64,000 bases of DNA from Calditrichaceae bacterium (GTDB lineage Bacteria; Calditrichota; Calditrichia; Calditrichales; JBFXGD01), in the NCBI GenBank assembly GCA_050173015.1, contig JBFXLE010000010.1:1-64000 (forward strand), read 5' to 3'. Position 1 is the first letter of the stretch. Each line of letters begins with the position of its first letter. Below, in pieces: positions 39,848-48,144 of the stretch. The position numbers and the translations under genes were made by a program. Below the pieces are notes generated by a model. That model was not told the origin of the DNA, did not search any database, and saw only the letters and a program-made list of their open reading frames with translations.

Positions 39848-40426
39848 TTATCTGTTTTCAGGATGTGGTGGCGGTCCCTTGCCGGCAGGCGGAGGTGGAG
39901 GTCCTTCAGCATCAGGTGACGGCGGAGAAGCATCATTAATCATTCCGGTTGGAGCGTTTTTACGAAAAAATTCATTTAATAATATTTTTAATTTATCCTG
40001 CTGCTCAGGTTTGCATAATTTTTTAAGGTCTAAAAAATGTTGAAATGTAATCTTCTCAAGCCGCGCCTGCTTTTCCTGGGCCAGCGCTAATAAAGAATCG
40101 GATAATTCCTGTTTGTGATTCTCCAACAATACTTCATCAAACATTTGTTTTTTTATACGACTGATATCCTTCTGCAATTGCACTGCTTTTTGACGATGCT
40201 CCCTTCGTAGTTTTAAATATTGTAAGGACTGTGTTTCATCGAAATCCAGTTCCGCTTTTAACAATTCTTGTATTCGATTTGCTTCTGTGACCGGATCGTT
40301 CTGTGCTTTTTGCGGTCTCGAGCCATCCGGCCGCCCCATCCATAAAACTGTTAAAGAAGAAATGTTTAAGATTAGTAAAACAATGACTGTTATCCACAAA
40401 TAGCGTTTTTGTTTAAAAATATCCAT
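39848..40426 (-). CDS. Membrane-anchored periplasmic heavy-metal sensor / Spy-CpxP-like protein
   Basis: TM LLILNISSL, helical ELDFDETQ...CKPEQQ, Pro-rich tail; third gene of the ECF cluster. Confidence 0.75.
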   Translation of the reverse strand: MDIFKQKRYLWITVIVLLILNISSLTVLWMGRPDGSRPQKAQNDPVTEANRIQELLKAELDFDETQSLQYLKLRREHRQKAVQLQKDISRIKKQMFDEVLLENHKQELSDSLLALAQEKQARLEKITFQHFLDLKKLCKPEQQDKLKILLNEFFRKNAPTGMINDASPPSPDAEGPPPPPAGKGPPPHPENR

Positions 40427-40435
40427 GTGATTATC

Positions 40436-40762
40436 CTAATTAATATCAAAAATAGTGCTTTGATTTTTTTCCAGGTTTAAATCGTTGCTCAGCAATTCAA
40501 TTAATTCCGTCCGCGTATTGGCTTGTTCCGCCTGATTAGAATCGTTCAAATACCAGAATGCTGTACTTAGATTCAAAACCACTAAAGCGGTAAGCATGGC
40601 CGGTCTAAGAATGGCGAAGAACACATTTTGTTGATTCTGCTTTGCTTCCAGCCGGGCTTGCACACGTGTATAGAAATACGGATTTGGCGGTAATTTTTCA
40701 GCCTGATCAAATTGCTCCAGAGTCCTGGAAATTTCATGCTCGATTTTATCTTTTTTATTCAT
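40436..40762 (-). CDS. Putative anti-sigma factor (single TM)
   Basis: PNPYFYTRVQARL motif then TM; directly downstream of the ECF sigma. Confidence 0.75.
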   Translation of the reverse strand: MNKKDKIEHEISRTLEQFDQAEKLPPNPYFYTRVQARLEAKQNQQNVFFAILRPAMLTALVVLNLSTAFWYLNDSNQAEQANTRTELIELLSNDLNLEKNQSTIFDIN

Positions 40763-40784
40763 ATTTTTATCTCCTCATTTTGTT

Positions 40785-40811
40785 AGACGCTCATCGTTTT
40801 CAAATCTTGCG
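40785..40811 (-). promoter_or_regulatory. ECF sigma promoter motif
   Basis: CGCAAG-N16-CGTCT between the sigma stop and the anti-sigma start. Confidence 0.75.
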
Positions 40812-40815
40812 CTGT

Positions 40816-41370
40816 TTATTCAAATTTTTCATAATAGTCATACAACAGTTTATGCAGATTTTTCTTTGAACGATGCATCAGCGCCTCTACGGCTGAAAGT
40901 GATAAATTCATAATATCCGCGATTTCTTTATTGCTGAACCCCTCGTATTTGCTTAGCGTAATTGCCGTTTTTTGGTTCTCAGGAAGCTGATCTATTGCTG
41001 AGTCAAGAATCTGTTTCCGCTCTTTTTGCTCCATATTTTCTTGCGGGTTATCGTTATCGGGTAAGATAATTTCTTCTTTTTCATCATCAAATCCGAACAG
41101 GGAAGTGAGTTGCGCAAAGCGTTTTTTGCGTTTTTTTTTGCGGATAAAATCAAGCGATTTATTTACGGCTATGCGGTAAATCCATGTTGACATTTCAGAG
41201 TCTTCACGAAAATGGGCAAGCGATTCATAAACCTGGATAAATACTTCCTGAGCCAAATCATCCGCGTCTTCCTTGTTTTTCACAAAACGAAAACAGGTAT
41301 TGCGCACATTTTCCTGATACGCTTCAACAATTTTTCTAAAATCGGTAACCTGCTCCATTGATGTCTTCAA
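40816..41370 (-). CDS. ECF RNA polymerase sigma-70 factor
   Basis: DADDLAQEVFI, STWIYRIAVN (region 2); LPENQKTAITL...SNKEIADIM (region 4). Confidence 0.95.
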   Translation of the reverse strand: MKTSMEQVTDFRKIVEAYQENVRNTCFRFVKNKEDADDLAQEVFIQVYESLAHFREDSEMSTWIYRIAVNKSLDFIRKKKRKKRFAQLTSLFGFDDEKEEIILPDNDNPQENMEQKERKQILDSAIDQLPENQKTAITLSKYEGFSNKEIADIMNLSLSAVEALMHRSKKNLHKLLYDYYEKFE

Positions 41371-41807
41371 CTCTGGAATCCCGGATTTTTATGTTCGAGT
41401 ATTCTACTAAAGTCAATTGCGATCAAAAATAAAAGGCTCCTTCTAATAACCAAAAACGGTTAATTTATTTTGCCAAATAAAAAAAAAGGAACCTTTGCTA
41501 TGAAAGTAAACTCTATAAGTGTATATCGCAAGATATTAATTTGATTATTGAAACAGGATCTGAAAAAGACGATGCATTCGTGTTCAAATATTTATCGTCC
41601 TGCCATTTTAACGGGTTTTCGATGATATATTGCCGGATGCGGTTTAATTCGTTTTCGTTACGAATAATGTGTTCGTAATAATTTCTTTGCCATAATCGCG
41701 CGCCGGGGGTTTTGCGGATTTTGTTGATTTTCCGGGATGTGATGGATTGAAAATTTTGCATTATCGCGCCCAATGATCCGGGTTTGGTGCCGTGGGGTCG
41801 TTGGGGC

Positions 41808-42400
41808 GATGCATTCATATCCGGATTATTACCATTATTTATATTATTTTTATTGGAATGCATTGCCCCTACATTCATATCCGAATTTTTACCATTATTT
41901 ATATTATTTTGATTGGAATGCATCGCCCCTACATGCATATCCGGATTTTTATCATCATTTATATTATTTTGATCGGAATGCATCGCCCCTACATGCATAT
42001 CCGGATTATTATCATTATTTATATTATTTTGACCGGAATGCATCGCCCCTACATTCATATCCGGATTTTTATCATCATTTATATTATTTTGATCGGAATG
42101 CATCGCCCCTACATGCATATTCGGATTTTTATCATCATTTATATTATTTTGATTGGAATGCATCGCCCCTACATGCATATCCGGATTTTTATCATCATTT
42201 ATATTATTTTGATTGGAATGCATCGCCCCTACATGCATATCCGGATTATTATCATTATTTATATTATTTTGACCGGAATGCATTGCCCCTACATTCATAT
42301 CCGGATTATTACCATTATTTACATTATTATGATTGGAATGCATCGCCCCTACATTCATATTCGAATTTTTATCATCATTTATATTATTTTGACCGGAATG
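41808..42400. repeat. 60-bp tandem array (about 10 units) containing a GTAG-type REP
   Basis: Unit ...GGAATGCATCGCCCCTACAT(G/T)CATATCCGGATT...; REP GTAGGGGCGATGCATTC on the - strand. Confidence 0.92.
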
Positions 42401-42632
42401 TATCATCCGCAAAAAATTTATCGTCCTGCCATTTTAACGGGTTTTCGATGATATATTGCCGGATGCGGTTTAATTCGTTTTCGTCACGAATAATGTGTTC
42501 GTAATAATTTCTTTGCCATAATCGCGCGCCGGGGGTTTTGCGGATTTTGTTGATTTTCCGGGATGTGATGGATTGAAAATTTTGCATTATCGCGCCCAAT
42601 GATCCGGGTTTGGTGCCGTGGGGTCGTTGGGG

Positions 42633-42873
42633 CGATGCATTCATATCCGGATTATTATCATCATTTATATTGTTTTGATTGGAATGCATCGCCCCTACAT
42701 GCATATCCGGATTTTTATCATCATTTATATTATTTTGATCGGAATGCATCGCCCCTACATTCATATCCGGATTATTACCATTATTTACATTATTATGATT
42801 GGAATGCATCGCCCCTACATGCATATCCGGATTTTTATCATCATTTATATTATTTTGATCGGAATGCATCGCC
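42633..42873. repeat. 60-bp tandem array (about 4 units) containing a GTAG-type REP
   Basis: Same unit as 41808-42400. Confidence 0.9.
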
Positions 42874-43437
42874 CGCAAAAAATTTATTGTCCTGCCATTT
42901 TAACGGGTTTTCGATGATATATTGCCGGATGCGGTTTAATTCGTTTTCGTTACGAATAATGTGTTCGTAATAATTTCTTTGCCATAATCGCGCGCCGGGG
43001 GTTTTGCGGATTTTGTTGATTTTCCGGGATGTGATGGATTGAAAATTTTGCATTATCGCGCCCAATGATCCGGGTTTGGTGCCGTGGGGTCGTTGGGGCG
43101 ATGCATTCATATCCGGATTATTACCATTATTTATATTATTTTGATTGGAATGCATCGCCCCTACCGATTTAATAATATTCACAATTCCATGAAAATGATT
43201 GGGCATTATTTGAAATTCATCAATATTTACATTTTTAAAATGTATTGACATTTTCTTCCAATGATATTCAATGATTTTTCCCAACGTGTTCAAAACCATT
43301 TTCCCATCGATCACATCACCAAATAATATCTCACGATTCTGCGCGCAGATGGTAACGAAATACCACCCTGCCTGTGAATAATCAAACCCTTTTAACCGAA
43401 TCGAACGACGATGGTGTTTTTGGGGATCATAATTCAA
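42850..43437 (-). mobile_element. REP-associated tyrosine transposase (RAYT, Y1 HUH)
   Basis: HHRRSIRLKGFDYSQAGWYFVTIC, MPNHFHGI (HUH), WQRNYYEHIIR, YIIENP; one in-frame REP doublet. Confidence 0.9.
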
Positions 43438-43771
43438 TTATCTAATCCTTTTAAAATACTGACCTATTCAATCTCATTTATTCCTTCCGGGTAGTTCTCG
43501 CCCGGGGGACATCTTTTTTCTGTGATGGGGTAATAATGTAGGTTTATGAGATAATTCATTATGCATACGATGAATCAAATCATCAATACTATTCTTGAAA
43601 TTTTGTTCTTTGTATCAAAAAGAAATTTATAAAACGCATTTAAGAGAAGCACGAACTGCTATGAATGAAAATTACTATCAAATATAAATAAATTAGTTAT
43701 GGTATCATAATATTGATTGGATCTTTAATACTGTTAATGCGGATATTAGTCAATATTTGGACACATGGCCC

Positions 43772-43806
43772 AAAAAAACAGGGTTACGAAAATTTATCGT
43801 AACCCT
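43772..43806 (-). terminator. Terminator after tRNA-Phe
   Basis: AGGGTTACGA/TCGTAACCCT stem with T tail on the - strand. Confidence 0.7.
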
Positions 43807-43821
43807 TTGTTTTTATTGATG

Positions 43822-43894
<73 letters not shown>

Positions 43895-43966
43895 TTGAAC
43901 CATTTTGAAAGACAACAAATATAATGTGCGGCGTATATCGATGCAAATTTAATTTATTATTTTTAT

Positions 43967-44863
43967 TTAAAATAAACTGATGTGCAATCCCTTTTTTTCG
44001 ATCTTTCTGGCCAGGGAATCCACACCGATTAAAGTCCGGTTCAGATTGTCATATAAAGTCGTGTCATACATCATTTTTCCCAGCGTGCCCTCCTTGTTCT
44101 CCACCTGTTTAAGCAATACATGCAAGGTAAAGGCCATCGAATCGAGACGGGCGGAGATTCTGCTTACATTGTTTAGCGATGCGTTAACCGGCCCTTCGTT
44201 GGCTTCAAGCATGGTGTTTAACTTCTGCGAACCTTTTTCAAAATTCACAACAGCATTACGTAAATTCCCCGTGCTTGCCGACAGCACATCCTTAAAATCC
44301 GCTGTAATCTGATTGACGTTGGACAATGTCTGCTGAATATCTTCCTGCAGTTTTCCCTCTTTTAACAAACCGTTTACCATGGCCACCGTCGTATCCAGCC
44401 GGAATGTCAGCGCCGATAAATCTTCCGAAAGTTCACCAATCGTCATTCCCACATCAACAATCCGCCCGCCGTATCTTCCCCTGAACGGCTGCTGATTCAT
44501 CGATATAAGATTTTCCGACTTCCCCGGAAAAATTTCCACCTTCATCCCAGCCAGCAATTCCGCGCTGATCACAACAAAGTCCGCGTCTTCATATAACTGC
44601 ACATGATCGTTTATCTCAAGGGTACACAGCACATCCCGTCCGCGCCAGCCGATGGATACGATCTTGCCCTCCTTGACTCCGTTCACGGTAACCGGATCGC
44701 CGGGGACCATCCCGCCCACATTATCGAATACCACATCAATATGATATTTGTTGGTTTTCAGACGAAACTCTTTACCCCAGATTATCCCGAAAATTAAAAT
44801 GAGAGTGGATAATATGAGGGTCAAACCGACCTTAAATTCGGTGGTGATTAATTTTTTATCCAT
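43967..44863 (-). CDS. MlaD/MCE family protein
   Basis: EFKVG + TM, FDNVGGMVPGDPVTVNGVKEG, EGTLGKMMYD. Confidence 0.88.
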   Translation of the reverse strand: MDKKLITTEFKVGLTLILSTLILIFGIIWGKEFRLKTNKYHIDVVFDNVGGMVPGDPVTVNGVKEGKIVSIGWRGRDVLCTLEINDHVQLYEDADFVVISAELLAGMKVEIFPGKSENLISMNQQPFRGRYGGRIVDVGMTIGELSEDLSALTFRLDTTVAMVNGLLKEGKLQEDIQQTLSNVNQITADFKDVLSASTGNLRNAVVNFEKGSQKLNTMLEANEGPVNASLNNVSRISARLDSMAFTLHVLLKQVENKEGTLGKMMYDTTLYDNLNRTLIGVDSLARKIEKKGLHISLF

Positions 44864-44879
44864 GAGGAGCGAACTTTCT

Positions 44880-45362
44880 TCAACTATTACCGATTAAATT
44901 TTCGAAAGCGATTTTTTTACCGGTTGGCACATCAAGACATTCAAACTGAACGCCTCTTTCCATACATCTTCGAAACGTGTCCATCTCTTCGTTGTTTATA
45001 TACAAATAGGGTAGATACTTTTTTCTGGCGTCCTGAAAGTGAATACCTCCGATATTGACACGCTCAATCTGAGCGCCTGATTTCAACAACTCTTCCAGAA
45101 CGGCCGGGGAGTTTATCAAGATGATAGCCGAGCTGTGATCAGATTCCCTGTTATTAATATATGCCGTTGTTTCAGCCACATTCATAATATGTGTTTTGAT
45201 GGACTCCGGCACACATGAGAGATATAGCTCCTTTTCCCAATCATTCTCAGAAACCGAATCGTCACAAAGAACAATCTCTCTGGTATTTAAATAATTTGCC
45301 CATCCGATTACCACCTGGCCATGAATGAGCCTGTCATCAATCCTGACTAGCTGAACCGCCAT
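44880..45362 (-). CDS. PTS mannose/sorbose-family IIB component
   Basis: RIDDRLIHGQV, VNIGG. Confidence 0.93.
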   Translation of the reverse strand: MAVQLVRIDDRLIHGQVVIGWANYLNTREIVLCDDSVSENDWEKELYLSCVPESIKTHIMNVAETTAYINNRESDHSSAIILINSPAVLEELLKSGAQIERVNIGGIHFQDARKKYLPYLYINNEEMDTFRRCMERGVQFECLDVPTGKKIAFENLIGNS

Positions 45363-45372
45363 CGTATCATCC

Positions 45373-45759
45373 CTATCGAATTAATATTCCTTTCTTACCG
45401 TCTTCCATAATCTTCGCGATCAACTGCTCCCAGTCCATTCGCTCATGGTTGCTGTGATATGAAACAAGCATCGGAACATTTACGCCTCCAACTACCACCG
45501 CTTCCGGCCGCGACTTTTTAATACGATTGGCCAAAACCCAGCAGCTGCCCCCGACAAGATCTATGAAAAATATAAGTTTTTCCGGTTTTATTTCTTCAAT
45601 TTTTTGTTCGATTTCACTTTCTATGGATTCAAGTGATTTCGTTTTATTAGAAAAGAAAAATTCATTCTCAATTTTCCCCACCAGTCCGTCCGCCACATTT
45701 TTTAATTCACGTGACAGATCCCCGTGAGTGATAATGCACGAAAGATGTTTTCCGCTCAT
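45373..45759 (-). CDS. PTS mannose/fructose-family IIA component
   Basis: IITHG, DLVGGS, GVNVPML. Confidence 0.88.
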   Translation of the reverse strand: MSGKHLSCIITHGDLSRELKNVADGLVGKIENEFFFSNKTKSLESIESEIEQKIEEIKPEKLIFFIDLVGGSCWVLANRIKKSRPEAVVVGGVNVPMLVSYHSNHERMDWEQLIAKIMEDGKKGILIR

Positions 45760-46742
45760 TCCCAGTCCTTTTCCAGAAAGGCTCTGTCCTGAGAGAGCTG
45801 GCTGCGGTCTTTTTGCTTCATGAATTCTTTAAGACGGGAATTGAATTCACGGGCAGTATGATAACCATACATTTTTAACAGATGATTCATAGCGATGGTC
45901 TCGGCAATTACCGTGATATTTTTACCCGGATTGATGGGCAGGACAATTTGCGGAATTTCCACGTCTAATATTTTCGTAATATTCTCTTCAAGACCTGTAC
46001 GCTCGTAGTCAGCGTCCTTATCCCAGTCCACCAGTTTCACTTCCACTTCAACGCGTTTCTGCATGCGAACACTTCGGATACCGAACACACGTTTCACATC
46101 GATCAATCCTACGCCGCGGATCTCAAGCACATGTTCCGAAACTTCCTGGCCTGCTCCTATGAGCACATCTTCCGCTTTCAGGGTGACAATGACCAGATCG
46201 TCGGCAACGAGACGGTGGCCCCTTTCCACAAGATCAAGCGTGATTTCGCTTTTCCCGATACCGCTCCTGCCGGTAAAAAGGATGCCGATACCATAAACAT
46301 CCACCAGCGACCCGTGCATGGAAACGCGCGGAGCGAATTTTGTTTCGAGATACTCTCCCAGCAGATGCACAAGCCTCGTTGTACTGTAAGGCGTGCTGAA
46401 AACCGAGATATATCTGCGGGTGGCGGCTTCTATTAGAAGAGGAGGAATCGGATTTCCGTTGGAAACAATTACCGCGGGGATCTCAAATTCACTAAAACGG
46501 CTGATAGATTGCATCAGCGCCTTTTCATCTAGCCCGGAAAGATAGGATATTTCTGTATTTCCGAGAATCTGCATTCTATCCCATGTAAACAACTCAACGA
46601 ATCCCGATAAGGCCAATCCCGGACGGTGCAGCTCCGGTGATGTGATCTTTCTGTTAAGTCCGTTTTCTGAACAGACCAGCTTTAATTTAAGCCTGGACTG
46701 ATTCTCCCTGAAAAATGCTCTGACTGTGATAAACTGATTCAT
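45756..46742 (-). CDS. hprK: HPr kinase/phosphorylase
   Basis: HRPGLALSG, GRSGIGKSE, LVERGHRLVADD, LEIRGVG. Confidence 0.96.
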   Translation of the reverse strand: MNQFITVRAFFRENQSRLKLKLVCSENGLNRKITSPELHRPGLALSGFVELFTWDRMQILGNTEISYLSGLDEKALMQSISRFSEFEIPAVIVSNGNPIPPLLIEAATRRYISVFSTPYSTTRLVHLLGEYLETKFAPRVSMHGSLVDVYGIGILFTGRSGIGKSEITLDLVERGHRLVADDLVIVTLKAEDVLIGAGQEVSEHVLEIRGVGLIDVKRVFGIRSVRMQKRVEVEVKLVDWDKDADYERTGLEENITKILDVEIPQIVLPINPGKNITVIAETIAMNHLLKMYGYHTAREFNSRLKEFMKQKDRSQLSQDRAFLEKDWE

Positions 46743-46783
46743 AGTTTGAATTTACTAAAGATTGATAAACTCCGCAAAAAATT

Positions 46784-46817
46784 AAAAAAAATAGGCGCTT
46801 CTCAATGAAGCGCCTAT
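46784..46817 (-). terminator. Rho-independent terminator
   Basis: ATAGGCGCTTC/GAAGCGCCTAT stem with T tract. Confidence 0.8.
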
Positions 46818-46839
46818 CATATTATTCACAAAGGACTTA

Positions 46840-47163
46840 TTAGCTTACCAAATTCTCAACGATTTTCTTGTTATCATGATCTTTGATCTTCGCTTTTGCC
46901 TTTACAATCTGCTGTTCCATTTTGTCAATCGCCAGGTCAATGGATTTGAACACGTCCTCTGATCGCTCTTTAACGACAATCACCTTATGATTCAGGCGCA
47001 GAATAAATTCCACAACCTGATCAAGTTTTTCATAAGAGAGGATAACCTCAACATCCATGATTGAGTCAGCAAAGCGGTCGAGTCTTTTCATCTTATCCTC
47101 GATGTAGGTCTTAAGACGCTCCGGCGCTTTGTACCCTCTGGCGGTGATTGCTATTTTCATCAT
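46840..47163 (-). CDS. hpf: Ribosome hibernation promoting factor (RaiA/HPF)
   Basis: IAITARG...LKTYIEDK...DVFKSIDLAIDKMEQQ. Confidence 0.88.
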   Translation of the reverse strand: MMKIAITARGYKAPERLKTYIEDKMKRLDRFADSIMDVEVILSYEKLDQVVEFILRLNHKVIVVKERSEDVFKSIDLAIDKMEQQIVKAKAKIKDHDNKKIVENLVS

Positions 47164-48083
47164 GACCTCCTTAATTTTTTTGATGATTTATGTGAGGCGC
47201 CCGGATGGGCTTGATTGTATATTTCTTTCAAATGCTCGATCGACATATGCGTGTAAATCTGCGTAGTCGACAAACTTTCATGTCCCAGCAAATCCTTAAC
47301 AACTCTTATATTGGCTCCAGCGTTTAATAAATGCGTCGCGTAACTGTGCCTGAGCACATGCGGGCTTTTTTGGGGGGAATTGGATACAAAAGCCAGATAC
47401 TTCTTCACAATCCTTTGGACAGCCATCGGATACATTTTCTTCCCTGAATTAAGTACAAATAGATTATCGACATCCTTCAGCGCAAATTGAGTTCTGAATG
47501 TTAAATATTTTTCAAGAATTTTCACCGCGACGCTGCCGATAGGTACCACTCTTTCCTTATTCCCTTTTCCGATAATCCGGATCAGATTTTCATTCATATA
47601 TACATCTGTGACCTTTAGATTTATTAACTCCGTCAGACGCATTCCGGTTCCATAAAAAAACTCCAGTATTGTAAGATCGCGCACGCCTTCAAATGTGGCG
47701 CTGTCGGGCTGCTGCATGAGACGGGTGACTTCGTCTTCCGTCATGTATTCAGGTAATTTTTTTTCGAATCTTGGTAATTTAATGGCCTGGGCAGGGTTAA
47801 TTTTGATGACCTCCTCACGCGCTAAAAACTTAAAAAGTGATTTTATGGCCGCAAGTTTTCTTGCGATGCTGCGTTTTGAAATATCATTTTCCTGCAGGAA
47901 GACGAGAAAGTAGCGAAGTGTCTTTTTTTCAATCCGGTTCCATTCAATCTGACCGGTTCTGAAGTAGTCAAGCGCGAAGTTTTCGAACTGTGTTAAGTCT
48001 GCCGCGTACGCCTGCGCGGTATTCCCGGAATATCGTTTTTCCAGGATTAAAAAATCTAAAAACTTACGGATCTGTGAATCCAT
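47160..48083 (-). CDS. xerC: Tyrosine recombinase XerC
   Basis: TGMRLTEL, GKGNKERVVP, SPHVLRHSYATHLL, LGHESLSTTQIY; topA-xerC-hpf context. Confidence 0.88.
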   Translation of the reverse strand: MDSQIRKFLDFLILEKRYSGNTAQAYAADLTQFENFALDYFRTGQIEWNRIEKKTLRYFLVFLQENDISKRSIARKLAAIKSLFKFLAREEVIKINPAQAIKLPRFEKKLPEYMTEDEVTRLMQQPDSATFEGVRDLTILEFFYGTGMRLTELINLKVTDVYMNENLIRIIGKGNKERVVPIGSVAVKILEKYLTFRTQFALKDVDNLFVLNSGKKMYPMAVQRIVKKYLAFVSNSPQKSPHVLRHSYATHLLNAGANIRVVKDLLGHESLSTTQIYTHMSIEHLKEIYNQAHPGASHKSSKKLRRS

Positions 48084-48144
48084 AATATCTATAACATTAT
48101 AATTGGGTCAATGGTCTCTGTATTACATACTCGGCATTTATTAA

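Larger units (their letters stand above)
41513..42878 (-). pseudogene. Two 5'-truncated duplicates of the RAYT 3' half, each preceded by REP arrays
   Basis: HGTKPGSLGAIMQNFQS...WQRNYYEHIIR...YIIENP repeated at about 41590-41810 and 42410-42635 without the N-terminal HUH region. Confidence 0.75.

Noticed and set aside
41808-42873. CRISPR array (regular ~60-bp period with a palindromic core)
   Set aside because: The intervening sequences are near-identical rather than unique spacers, there are no cas genes, and the unit is the REP found inside the adjacent RAYT.
41808-42873. Diversity-generating retroelement (many unit differences involve A on the - strand)
   Set aside because: No reverse transcriptase in the window, the unit is very A-rich anyway, and a C/T variant also occurs.
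41773-42970. + strand ORFs with YYH/IIII repeats
   Set aside because: Antisense or alternative-frame read-through of the 60-bp array; no independent coding evidence.
44880-46742. Sugar-uptake PTS
   Set aside because: Only IIA and IIB with hprK and no IIC/IID permease here; more consistent with an ordinary regulatory PTS cluster.
47160-48083. Tyrosine recombinase as the integron integrase or island integrase
   Set aside because: No IntI-specific insertion is evident before the HxLRH motif, and it sits in the housekeeping topA-xerC-hpf context about 28 kb from the attC sites.
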